Assembly (NCBI GenBank): GCA_963665125.2
Contig: CAXXUK010000002.1
Coordinates: 1,056,001-1,120,000 of the forward strand
DNA length: 64,000 nucleotides
Source: an uncultured Desulfarculus sp.
GTDB taxonomy: Bacteria; Desulfobacterota; Desulfarculia; Desulfarculales; Desulfarculaceae
Reading direction: 5' to 3'
Positions 10,528 through 19,356 of the stretch are shown here, in pieces (the stretch's first letter is position 1; each line of letters opens with the position of its first letter). Both the position numbers and the translations under genes were made by a program. Under the pieces are notes generated by a model. The model searched no databases. It worked only from the letters and a program-made list of their open reading frames with translations, and was not told the DNA's origin.

Positions 10528-11187
10528 ATGAAAGCCTTAAAATACGTCCTCGGTTTTTTGGGCTACATGGTGGCCTGGGTGCCGATCATCCTGGTGACCA
10601 TGTTGACCCTGGAAAAGCTGCTCCCGGGCAATCAAGGCGCCATAGCCATAGCAATATTAATCTACCTGTTCGTAATAATCATCGGCATGGTCCCGTTCAT
10701 GCAGTGGCTGGCCAAGAAGGTTTTCGTCTACCCCGGCGAGGGCGAACCCGTCAGCGAAGCCCAGCTCCGCGAAAAGATCATGGACATCAACAACTACGAC
10801 GTGCCGGTGATGGTCAAGCAAAAGAAGAAAAAGCTCATCGTCACCTGGAATTATGTCAACGCCAAGTGGTACGGCATTATTTCCAAGGCCGGGATGGATC
10901 AGGTCTACGAACTGATCATCAAGTTCAACGACGCCAAGAAAACCGCCACCCTGATAGACGTGCACAAAAAGGTCAGTTGGGGCGTGGACACCGGTTCGGC
11001 TAAGCTGGCCGCATCCTTTTTCCGGGGCATTGACCTTAGCTATGAGCGGGGCATCGCCTATGGCATCAAAGAGGGCTTCGAACTGGGCAAGATTTACGAT
11101 TACAAGTTCACCACCTCGGAGATCAAGGACCCGGTGATGAACACCATCCTGGGCTCGGGCTGGCAAGTCCGGTTCGGCATGTGGTAG
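10528..11187 (+). CDS. Hypothetical membrane protein (2 N-terminal TM + soluble domain)
   Basis: Two hydrophobic helices, GAGGG RBS. Confidence 0.8.
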   Translation: MKALKYVLGFLGYMVAWVPIILVTMLTLEKLLPGNQGAIAIAILIYLFVIIIGMVPFMQWLAKKVFVYPGEGEPVSEAQLREKIMDINNYDVPVMVKQKKKKLIVTWNYVNAKWYGIISKAGMDQVYELIIKFNDAKKTATLIDVHKKVSWGVDTGSAKLAASFFRGIDLSYERGIAYGIKEGFELGKIYDYKFTTSEIKDPVMNTILGSGWQVRFGMW

Positions 11188-11230
11188 GGCCGGTTTTTTG
11201 TCGGTTGGTTCCCGCCGGAACACAGGCCTC

Positions 11231-12190
11231 ATGATCGCCTTGAGAAAGTCACATTTCCCGAGGGCCCTGGCAGCGGTGTGCCTGGCCGTGCTGCTGGTGT
11301 GGATGCCCGGGTTTGCCGAGGCCGCCGACCACCAAAAAGCCGCCGCTAAATACAAAAAGCTCATCATGGCCATAAAGCCTGATAACGAGGTGGCCTACGG
11401 CTTTTGCAGCGCCGTTTGCACTGTCGTGCTTGGCGGCAGGCTTTATGTCATCGGCGGCGACGAAAACGAAAGCATTTCCTCCACCGCCGACCTGGTTCAC
11501 TGGCGCAAGGACAGCCGGATGAATGACCTTGATATCATCGGTCATGCGGTGGTGGCCTTTAATAACAAGATATGGGTGGTTGGCGGCGGTGGTCTCGACG
11601 GTTACTTGACCAGGGCATGGTCCTCCGGCGACGGCGGGCATTGGACCCAAAGCCCATCCGATTTGCCTTTGGAGCCCCGCACGGGCCACGCTTTGGTGGT
11701 CTACAAGGACAAGATGTGGCTCCTGGGCGGCAGCGGCAAGGAACTGGATCATTTCAGCGATGTTTGGTGCAGTTCCGACGGTGAAAGCTGGCGCCTGGTG
11801 ACCGACAGGGCGGCATTCGGCAGGAGGCACCGCCACGCGGGTTTGGTGTTCGACGGCAAAATGTGGATCATCGGCGGCAACCTGGAATCAGCGCCGGACG
11901 ATTTTTCGCCCCAGGTATGGTCCAGCGTCGACGGCGATAATTGGCAACTCGTCACCGCCGACGCGGGCTTCCGGCCCAATGACGGCGTGATCAAGGCAGC
12001 GGTGTTCGACGGGCGGATGTGGGTGTCTTCCTGGAACAAAAAAGGTTTGCTTCTTTGGCACAGCGTTGACGGCAAGAACTGGGCCGAGTTTTCGCCGAAT
12101 CCAACGGTCGATGAGGAGGTCCAGAGTATCGTCGAGTTTAGGGGCGACCTGCTCTTTTTCATTTACGAAGGGATCATGAAGCTTGAATAG
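11231..12190 (+). CDS. Exported kelch/galactose-oxidase-like beta-propeller protein (copy 1)
   Basis: Signal peptide; repeats RxxHxxVxFxxKxWxxGG...VWxSxDGxxW. Confidence 0.85.
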   Translation: MIALRKSHFPRALAAVCLAVLLVWMPGFAEAADHQKAAAKYKKLIMAIKPDNEVAYGFCSAVCTVVLGGRLYVIGGDENESISSTADLVHWRKDSRMNDLDIIGHAVVAFNNKIWVVGGGGLDGYLTRAWSSGDGGHWTQSPSDLPLEPRTGHALVVYKDKMWLLGGSGKELDHFSDVWCSSDGESWRLVTDRAAFGRRHRHAGLVFDGKMWIIGGNLESAPDDFSPQVWSSVDGDNWQLVTADAGFRPNDGVIKAAVFDGRMWVSSWNKKGLLLWHSVDGKNWAEFSPNPTVDEEVQSIVEFRGDLLFFIYEGIMKLE

Positions 12191-12229
12191 ACAATCCGCC
12201 CGTTTACTGATCCGGGAGACGCAATAGAC

Positions 12230-12826
12230 ATGTCCGGCATGACCCTGGTCATAGTATTGACCCTGATCATAATGCTGTTGGGTCTGGTGACGATCTTTTT
12301 CGTGGCCAAGCTCTATATCAACAAGGCCCGTTCCCACCGAACCGTGTTGCCGGTCCTGGAAGGCGTGTTGCCCGGTCTCGGCTTCGAGCACAAGGCCAGG
12401 GGCTCCGGCGGCCTGTGGACAGGCCAAGTCGGCCAATGCCCCATCACCGTGCGGGACAAGGCCGCCGTGGCCGGCAACTTCGGCTACACCCTTTTTAGCC
12501 AGCGCACCGCCGCCGCCCCGGCGGATTTTGTCGTCGAGGCGGGCTACCCCGGCGGCGCAAGCGGCAGCAAGGCTATCTTCCGGCTCACCTGCAAGGACGG
12601 CACGGGTAGGGCCCTGTTGATCCACAGGGAAAATATCGAGCAAATGAACACCAGCCAACGGATAAAGGAGATGTTGGCCAATCTGCTGCAAGCACCGGCC
12701 TTGCCGACCATGGCGGTCACCGAAACCGCCATCTCGCTACGGTGCTATCCTGAACAACTGACCACGGATTCGCTGGGCGGTGTTTTAAAAAACCTGGCGG
12801 ATTTGACGACTGGACTGAGCCGATAA
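12230..12826 (+). CDS. Hypothetical membrane-anchored protein
   Basis: Single N-terminal TM helix, GGAG RBS. Confidence 0.7.
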   Translation: MSGMTLVIVLTLIIMLLGLVTIFFVAKLYINKARSHRTVLPVLEGVLPGLGFEHKARGSGGLWTGQVGQCPITVRDKAAVAGNFGYTLFSQRTAAAPADFVVEAGYPGGASGSKAIFRLTCKDGTGRALLIHRENIEQMNTSQRIKEMLANLLQAPALPTMAVTETAISLRCYPEQLTTDSLGGVLKNLADLTTGLSR

Positions 12827-12876
12827 TTCGGCAGTCATATAAGTTTGACAATATGCTTTTAGGAGGGCAGGACGAA

Positions 12877-13242
12877 ATGATGCGTAAAATTCAGATGATG
12901 GTATTGGCATGTGTGGCGTTGCTGGTCGGAGCGTCGTTGGCCATGGCCGCCGTTGAGATGCCTGCTGGCTTCAACGGTGAACTGGTGCTGCCGCCCAACA
13001 GCGAACTGGTCAATGCCATGGAGGAGCCGCCCTACGCCGAGGTGGTCTCTCCCGACTCCATGGAGGCCGTTTACAATTTTTACAAAAAGGACCTGGTGGA
13101 CAAGGGCTGGAAGATCGCCGGTGATTACCCCAACATGGGAGGCACTTACCAGATCCAGTTCAAGAAAGACGGCAAGACCCTGAGCGTGGCCATCGGCAAG
13201 ATGAATGACGGCAAAGCCATCGCCCGGATCATGCTGAGCTGA
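12877..13242 (+). CDS. Small hypothetical exported protein
   Basis: Signal peptide ending AMA-A; SPDSMEAVYNFYKKDLVDKGW core. Confidence 0.8.
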   Translation: MMRKIQMMVLACVALLVGASLAMAAVEMPAGFNGELVLPPNSELVNAMEEPPYAEVVSPDSMEAVYNFYKKDLVDKGWKIAGDYPNMGGTYQIQFKKDGKTLSVAIGKMNDGKAIARIMLS

Positions 13243-13337
13243 GCACGCCCAACCGGCGGCGCTTCAAAGTAGCAAAAAGCGGTTTCCCCCTCCCTTCACC
13301 GGGAGGGGCGCCGCTAAACCTTCCGCACGGGTGAACC

Positions 13338-14306
13338 ATGACCAAAATCCAACGCCATGACAAGGGCGGCAATTTAGTAAAAGCGATTTTAGCCGCCTTG
13401 GCGGCGGTCTGCATCCTGGCCGCCCCGCTGAGCGTTGGCGCCGCCGAAAAAGCGCCGCCGCGCAAACCATTTTCCGAAATCAAACTCGTCACCCCGGAAG
13501 AGGAACTGGAAAAAATCGGTCTTTCCACTTCCTATGAAACCGTGGTGCTGGGGGGCAGGCTTTTCGTCGTCGGCGGAGATGAACGCCAAGGCGTACTGGT
13601 CACCCCGGACCTGCGGCAATGGACTGAAACTTCCGCGGACACCGAGTTGGAGCTGGTCGGGCACGCCGCAGTGGCCTTCAAAGGCAGAATATGGGTCATC
13701 GGCGGCTCAGGACCGGACGGTTTTACCAACGATGTATGGTCCTCGCCGGACGGCAAGACCTGGCGCAAGGCCAAGACTCCGCCCTTCGCGCCCAGGGCTG
13801 ATCACGTCGCCGTGGCGTTCCAGGATAAGCTGTGGGTCTTGGGAGGCAGCGGCAAGGAGTTGGAGGGCTTTAGCGATGTCTGGTGCAGCGTTGACGGCGA
13901 GAATTGGGATTTGGTGACCGACAAGGCCGGATTCGGCCGGCGGGACCACCATGCCGCCGTGGCCTTTGACGGCAAGCTGTGGGTCATCGGCGGCAACCTC
14001 TACGACTCGTCCGATGATTTTTCACCCCAGGCCTGGTCCAGCCACAATGGCAAAGACTGGAAATTGACCTCCAAAGACATTCACTGCCGGCCCCTGGATG
14101 GAGCGCTAAAGGCGGCGGTCAGTGACAACCGCATCTGGCTGGCGGCATGGGGACCGGAGGGTATAACCCTTTGCCACAGCTTCAAGGGCGTGTTTTGGCA
14201 GGATCTCAAGCCTGAAACCGAGATCGACGACGAATGCGCGTCCCTGGCTGATTTCCGCGGCCGGCTCTACGTGTTCACGCCCCAGGGCATCTTTATGCTG
14301 GATTGA
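13338..14306 (+). CDS. Exported kelch/galactose-oxidase-like beta-propeller protein (copy 2)
   Basis: Same repeats; shared blocks with copy 1 (GGSGKEL..FSDVWCS.DGE.W.LVTD, DDFSPQ). Confidence 0.85.
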   Translation: MTKIQRHDKGGNLVKAILAALAAVCILAAPLSVGAAEKAPPRKPFSEIKLVTPEEELEKIGLSTSYETVVLGGRLFVVGGDERQGVLVTPDLRQWTETSADTELELVGHAAVAFKGRIWVIGGSGPDGFTNDVWSSPDGKTWRKAKTPPFAPRADHVAVAFQDKLWVLGGSGKELEGFSDVWCSVDGENWDLVTDKAGFGRRDHHAAVAFDGKLWVIGGNLYDSSDDFSPQAWSSHNGKDWKLTSKDIHCRPLDGALKAAVSDNRIWLAAWGPEGITLCHSFKGVFWQDLKPETEIDDECASLADFRGRLYVFTPQGIFMLD

Positions 14307-14517
14307 GCGGCATCCGAGTTGGGGCGGGGTGTTGCAAAAACCGTTCGCGCCAGGGTGATCCCTCACCATTTTGCGAATACGCGGTTTCGTAAATAAGCGG
14401 TTTGAAGGCCTATGGCCGTTGCCCGGCTTTCGGGATGAAGTGGTTCAGCTTGCCGCACCGACGCCGGGCCCCGTTGGCCGGGGGCAGCGGCACGGCAAGC
14501 CGGGGTGATAATTTCGT

Positions 14518-14562
14518 GGGTTGTTGAAGAAGCCCGTCCCGGTCTTATTCAACAGCCAGTTA
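14518..14562. repeat. Short copy (first hairpin) of MITE-like element
   Basis: TGTTGAAGAAGCCCGTCCCGGTCTTATTCAACAGCC matches start of 25567 element; abuts porin stop codon. Confidence 0.65.
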
Positions 14563-15807
14563 GAAGTTGAAAATCAGGGCCGCGCCGATAAGCCACTCTG
14601 CGCCAAAATCTTCCGATGATTGTTTGCCGGTCAGATCGGTGATCTTGCCGCGCATGGACTTGCCGTAGTCGAAATAAGAAATCTGCGGATAGATGGAGAA
14701 ATATCTATTTATCCTGTATTGCATGGCTAGCATGGCCGACCACCGCGAATAATTGTCTTCGGTGTAGCCCAGCTTTTTCCAGTTGTCATTGCTGGAGTAA
14801 ACATAGCCGGCGCCCACCATATAGGTGGAATTGTCAACCGTGTAGCCAAACTGCACCGTGCCGCCGGCCTGGTAGGTGCTTTCCACCTTGCCGCCGACCC
14901 ATACGGGCACTGCCGCGGGCTGGCCAAAGAACGAGGCCGTGCCGAGCTGCCCCCATTCGATGTCGATATTGGTTCCGTAATAGGCCTGAAGCTTGACCTC
15001 GAATTGGTTGATGGTAATCGCCACGGGGATGTTGGCCACCCAGTTGACCACGCTGTCGTCCCGGCCGGTCGACGCTCCGTCGTACTGGCTCAGGGAAATG
15101 GAAAAACCGGGTATGGCGAGGATGTTTTCGGTCCTGACAGCCCAGGCCAGGTCCAGCCGGGGGAGGTCGTTATACAACTGCGAACTGCCAATGGTTTGAC
15201 CTCCCACCTGCAATACTTCCAGTCCCGCGATGTCTTCGGCATTGGCCTGGGCGAAAGCCGCGCTGAGCAAACCGATTTTCGTCAGGTATTCGGCCCTTAC
15301 CTGGGGATAGCGGCCAGCGTATAAATAGCCCCAACGGATAAACAGGCTCTTGGCCGCCTGGGTCGCCCCCACTCGGGCCATGGGCGCGGCGATCAGCGAC
15401 GCAAAAACGCCGTCCGTGTGACCGGCCACGATTTTCAAGTCGCCGCTCTTCCACCAGCCATAGGCCATGCGGAGCATGGCGGCTTCCTGGCCACCCACCT
15501 TGGAAACGGGATTAAGCTCAACATAGGCGCCGGTGTTTTGGTCGCCGCTGGTCCACTTGGCCCCGAAGTAGCTGTTGCCGTTGATGTTGACGAAACTGGT
15601 CGTGTATGAATCCCGAAGTTTGCCTTCCATGGTCAGACCGTATTGGTTGGTGGCCAGGGTGTCGTCTTTGAACTGATAGCCGAGGTCCGTCCACATCCTG
15701 CAGATCACGGTGAAATTGGAGCCCGGCGCGGCGGCCGCCGCCCAAACCGCCTTTGCCGGTAAGCCCAAGCAAAGAGTTAATAAAAGCGCCACTAGACATT
15801 TTTTCAT
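14560..15807 (-). CDS. Outer-membrane beta-barrel porin-like protein
   Basis: Signal peptide, alternating aromatic/hydrophobic strands (LRMAYGWWK), C-terminal Phe (LIFNF). Confidence 0.82.
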   Translation of the reverse strand: MKKCLVALLLTLCLGLPAKAVWAAAAAPGSNFTVICRMWTDLGYQFKDDTLATNQYGLTMEGKLRDSYTTSFVNINGNSYFGAKWTSGDQNTGAYVELNPVSKVGGQEAAMLRMAYGWWKSGDLKIVAGHTDGVFASLIAAPMARVGATQAAKSLFIRWGYLYAGRYPQVRAEYLTKIGLLSAAFAQANAEDIAGLEVLQVGGQTIGSSQLYNDLPRLDLAWAVRTENILAIPGFSISLSQYDGASTGRDDSVVNWVANIPVAITINQFEVKLQAYYGTNIDIEWGQLGTASFFGQPAAVPVWVGGKVESTYQAGGTVQFGYTVDNSTYMVGAGYVYSSNDNWKKLGYTEDNYSRWSAMLAMQYRINRYFSIYPQISYFDYGKSMRGKITDLTGKQSSEDFGAEWLIGAALIFNF

Positions 15808-15890
15808 TTGGTTTTACCCTCCCTCTCAGTTGATTGGGCTGACCAGCCCCAAACCTTGAACACTGTTTGCCTAAGCGGACACGGTTAAAC

Positions 15891-15905
15891 GCAACGGCCA
15901 TGCCA
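15891..15905 (-). promoter_or_regulatory. Sigma-54 promoter of porin gene
   Basis: TGGCATGGCCGTTGC matches TGGCAC-N5-TTGC with correct GG-N10-GC spacing; AT-rich tract upstream. Confidence 0.85.
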
Positions 15906-15979
15906 CAATTGCACAATGTAAATAAGTTAAATAAATCGAATGGATATAAAATTGGCTGGCGGCGATGGCCCGGGGCATG

Positions 15980-16014
15980 GTCTCAAATCAGACCAATCGT
16001 GTCGTTATTGAGTC
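15980..16014. promoter_or_regulatory. Two putative activator boxes GTC-N8-GAC
   Basis: GTCTCAAATCAGAC and GTCGTTATTGAGTC, 21 bp apart, ~75-110 bp upstream of sigma-54 promoter. Confidence 0.6.
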
Positions 16015-16049
16015 AGGACTTGGCGTGCTTGGTAAATGTGCGGGCGGAT

Positions 16050-19000
16050 TCAGCGGGCGGACTGGATGCCCAGCTTTTTCATCCGCGTATATAGGCTGGT
16101 GCGCTTCATTCCCAAGATCGACGCGGCGCCGTCTGGGCCGCCGATTCGGCCCGCTGTCTTGTTCAAGACATGTCTGATGTAGCGGCGCTGCATTTCCTCC
16201 AGGGTTGGGCTGTCCTCAAAGGGGTTTTCCGAGCCCCCGATGACAACGCTGGGCAGGCTGAGCTGGATCTGGCCCCCCCGGGACAACAGCACCGACCGCT
16301 CGATCACGTTTTTCAGCTCCCTGACATTGCCGGGCCAGGTGTAGCGCAGCATGCGTTCTTCATCCTCGGCGGAAAACACCACCGGCTCACAATTGAAGGC
16401 ATTGGTAAAGCGGCGGGCCATGTGCCTGGCCAGGATGATCACGTCGCCGCCGCGTTCCCGCAAGGGCGGGATATTGACCGGTATCACGTTGAGCCGGTAG
16501 TACAGGTCCCGGCGGAATCTCCCTTCGGAAATTTCATGCTCCAGATTGCGGTTGGTGGCCGCCACCAGCCTGAAATCCGAATTGATGGGTTGGTTGCCGC
16601 CGACCCGGGTAAAACATTTTTCCTCGAGCACCCGCAGCAGCTTGACCTGGGCCGCCAGGGAGATTTCACCCAATTCGTCGATGAACAGGGTTCCGCCGTC
16701 GGCCATTTCCATGCGGCCGATACGCCGTTCGTCCGCACCTGTGAAGGCCCCTTTTTCATGTCCGAAAAGCAGGCTTTCAAAGAGGTTTTCCGGTGTGGCC
16801 GAAAGGTCCACCGCCACAAAAGGGCCGCTGCTGCGCAGGCTGTTGGTGTGCAGGCGCCGGGCCAACAGTTCCTTGCCCACGCCTGTTTCGCCGGTAATCA
16901 GCACCGTGGAATCACTGGGCGCGGCCTTGTCGGCCATGGCCAGAACATGATCCATAACCGGGCTTTCAGCGACGATTTCAACAGGTCCGGGCTCCACCGC
17001 CGAAGACCACACGGCGGCGGTCATCTTGTTGGTCAACTCCTTGCGGCGCTCGTATTCGGCGATTTTTTTCATGCACCTGCCTACATGATGGGCCAGCCTG
17101 TGCAGCAGGGACAGGGAAACGAAACCGAGGTTGTCGTGCAGATAATTGTTGTCAAAGTAGAACACGGCCACGGGGCCGGACTCGTTCGTGACGGGAAGGC
17201 AGATGCTTTTTACGGCTGATTCTTCGGCGTTTTCGATACGGGGCTTGCCTTCCCGCAATGTCTGGTAGACGAGACTCAGGCTGCTCCTGAATTCCGGGGA
17301 GTTGACGTATTCCGCGGATAAATTGCGCTGGGCCTTGATGAACGGGGCCTTGTTTTTAGCTTTGGATGTCAGGAACAGGGCTCCGCGTTCAGCACGGAAC
17401 ACCTGGCACAATGAATCCAGCAGGTTTGAATACAGATCCACTCCGTCCTGGTCCGGCAGCATGTTGCCCAGAATTTCCAGAAAGTGATCCAACAACTGAT
17501 CCGACGGCTGGTCGAGGGCTGTTTCAGAGGTGGTTTTGGCCAACAGAAAGCGGAGGTCCATGGGAAAGGCGTCAATACCGGCTCCGGAAAGGCCTTCCCA
17601 GGATTTCAAAGCGAATTCGCGTGCTTGTTGTTCGTCGCCTTTTCGCAGGCTTATGCGGGCCAAGGTCAGGCGGGTCATGGCCAACTCGGCAGGATCGCCG
17701 GACTGGGCGAGCAGATCCATGCTTTGGCGCAGTTTTCCCTCGATTATATTCGGCTGAACGCCGGCGGCCAGTTCGTCGGTGGCCTGCAAGTGCAAGGCCA
17801 CGCCTTTGAGATGGACGTTCTGACTTTCCAGTGACTTTGCCATCTCTTTTTCGAAAATGTACGGCCCCACGTCCGAAAAGCCTTCTTTGTGGAATATATG
17901 CAGCAACTTCAGGAACATCGCTGGATATTGCCTGATGATCATGCCTCCGGGGTCGAGTATGTCCGCCCGGTCTTGAATTATTTGGTAGGCCTGGCGGAAA
18001 AGGCCTTGGCGGGCTTTAAGATAGGCCAGGCCCACCGTGCTGATGAGCGGCACGAGCAACTGCCCGTGGACCACGGCTTCCTGATTCACCGCCCGCAGGT
18101 GTTTTTCGGCTTCCGCTTGGCGGCCCATCAGGGCCAGAAGGACCCCGAGCAGGGCCCGGAAGTGCATGGCCAGGTTCGGCTCGTTTTGCATCTCCGCACG
18201 ACGGCGGTTGGCGTCGACAATGCCCAGGGCCTTGTGATATTGGCCCAGCATCAAGGCGCTGTAGGCAAGATAGGCCGTTGAGGGCCATACGCTGAAATGG
18301 TCTCCCCGGGCCTCGGCGCGGTCCACCGCCTTTTGCAGGTGCAATGCCGCCTTTTCGTATCTGCCGCACAGGTAGTAATAAAGGCCGAAAAACTCTTCCG
18401 AGCGTGCGGCCATGTCGTCATCGCCCAAATCACGGGCCTGTTCCAGGTTTTTGCGCAGGGTCTCGACGGCTTCGGCGGTGCGGTCGGAAAGATAATAAAA
18501 GGCTCCATACATCAGACCGATCATTACCTTCGAGCGCAGATCGCCCAGGGATTCGGCCCGCATCCTGGCCCTGTCGAGCAATTCCGGCAGGTCGGCGTTG
18601 GTTCGGCCGAGCCTGAAACTCAACCTGACAAGCTTTTGGCCCGCATCGATAAACAGCGAATCAGACTGGTGATCTCCGTTGGGCTCCCAAAGGGTTTCCA
18701 CGGTTTGCCGGTACAAGTCGCAGGCCTGCTCGAGTTGGCCCAGGCGCAGGGCCTTCATGGCCTTGTCGTTGAACATGGCCGCGGCTTGTTGGTTGCGCCC
18801 CGCGGCGGCCAGCAGGCGGGCCAGCCCTTCGGCCTTTATTTCATGGCTCAGATCAAGTCGCTCAAGCTTTTCCAGCAGGGCTTGCAGCCGCGATGGTGAA
18901 CAGAGCTGCTTCAGCCTTGCCGCTGTCTCGGATCCGAGGTTGTCGCCCAGTTGAAATCTGTCTTCGCCGACCTGCTTCAACAGGCCGCAGGCCGTGGCCC

Positions 19001-19136
19001 TGCGGATCAAATCAAACAATGGTCCCGGCGCCAGGGGGGCCAAGCTGCCCGCCAGTCCCACGCTGACAGGCTGGTTGATGGCGGCATACACCGCCAGAAA
19101 TTCCCACTGCTGCTGGTCAAAAACTTGGTCCTTCAT
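16050..19136 (-). CDS. Sigma-54-dependent activator with TPR-like N-terminus, GAF-like domain, AAA+ and Fis HTH
   Basis: GETGVGKE, ESLLFGHEKGAFTGA, GTLFIDE, WPGNVREL, C-terminal HTH; ATG 19136 after GGAGG. Confidence 0.93.
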   Translation of the reverse strand: MKDQVFDQQQWEFLAVYAAINQPVSVGLAGSLAPLAPGPLFDLIRRATACGLLKQVGEDRFQLGDNLGSETAARLKQLCSPSRLQALLEKLERLDLSHEIKAEGLARLLAAAGRNQQAAAMFNDKAMKALRLGQLEQACDLYRQTVETLWEPNGDHQSDSLFIDAGQKLVRLSFRLGRTNADLPELLDRARMRAESLGDLRSKVMIGLMYGAFYYLSDRTAEAVETLRKNLEQARDLGDDDMAARSEEFFGLYYYLCGRYEKAALHLQKAVDRAEARGDHFSVWPSTAYLAYSALMLGQYHKALGIVDANRRRAEMQNEPNLAMHFRALLGVLLALMGRQAEAEKHLRAVNQEAVVHGQLLVPLISTVGLAYLKARQGLFRQAYQIIQDRADILDPGGMIIRQYPAMFLKLLHIFHKEGFSDVGPYIFEKEMAKSLESQNVHLKGVALHLQATDELAAGVQPNIIEGKLRQSMDLLAQSGDPAELAMTRLTLARISLRKGDEQQAREFALKSWEGLSGAGIDAFPMDLRFLLAKTTSETALDQPSDQLLDHFLEILGNMLPDQDGVDLYSNLLDSLCQVFRAERGALFLTSKAKNKAPFIKAQRNLSAEYVNSPEFRSSLSLVYQTLREGKPRIENAEESAVKSICLPVTNESGPVAVFYFDNNYLHDNLGFVSLSLLHRLAHHVGRCMKKIAEYERRKELTNKMTAAVWSSAVEPGPVEIVAESPVMDHVLAMADKAAPSDSTVLITGETGVGKELLARRLHTNSLRSSGPFVAVDLSATPENLFESLLFGHEKGAFTGADERRIGRMEMADGGTLFIDELGEISLAAQVKLLRVLEEKCFTRVGGNQPINSDFRLVAATNRNLEHEISEGRFRRDLYYRLNVIPVNIPPLRERGGDVIILARHMARRFTNAFNCEPVVFSAEDEERMLRYTWPGNVRELKNVIERSVLLSRGGQIQLSLPSVVIGGSENPFEDSPTLEEMQRRYIRHVLNKTAGRIGGPDGAASILGMKRTSLYTRMKKLGIQSAR

Positions 19137-19194
19137 GGCCCGCACCTCCATGGGTTTTATCCTATTTCCGGCAAGCCGCAAAAGTCAAGGCAGT

Positions 19195-19248
19195 GTCTGT
19201 ATAGAGACGAGAAAACGTCGCTATTGAGCCGTAAGTCTTATCCGAGAC
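19195..19248. promoter_or_regulatory. Three putative activator boxes GTC-N8-GAC upstream of catabolic operon
   Basis: GTCTGTATAGAGAC, GTCGCTATTGAGCC, GTCTTATCCGAGAC; followed by AT tract and imperfect -24/-12 GTGCATGTTTCTTGC (19306-19320). Confidence 0.6.
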
Positions 19249-19356
19249 ATGGGTTCTGTTTTAATTTAATTAATAAAAACAGATTAATATCTGAATTGGC
19301 CCGGTGTGCATGTTTCTTGCGGCTAAGGGGGCAAACACCTTTACCGGAGGAATAAC

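Noticed and set aside
8084..14306. Integron cassette array
   Set aside because: Spacers are short, share no attC-like structure, no integrase
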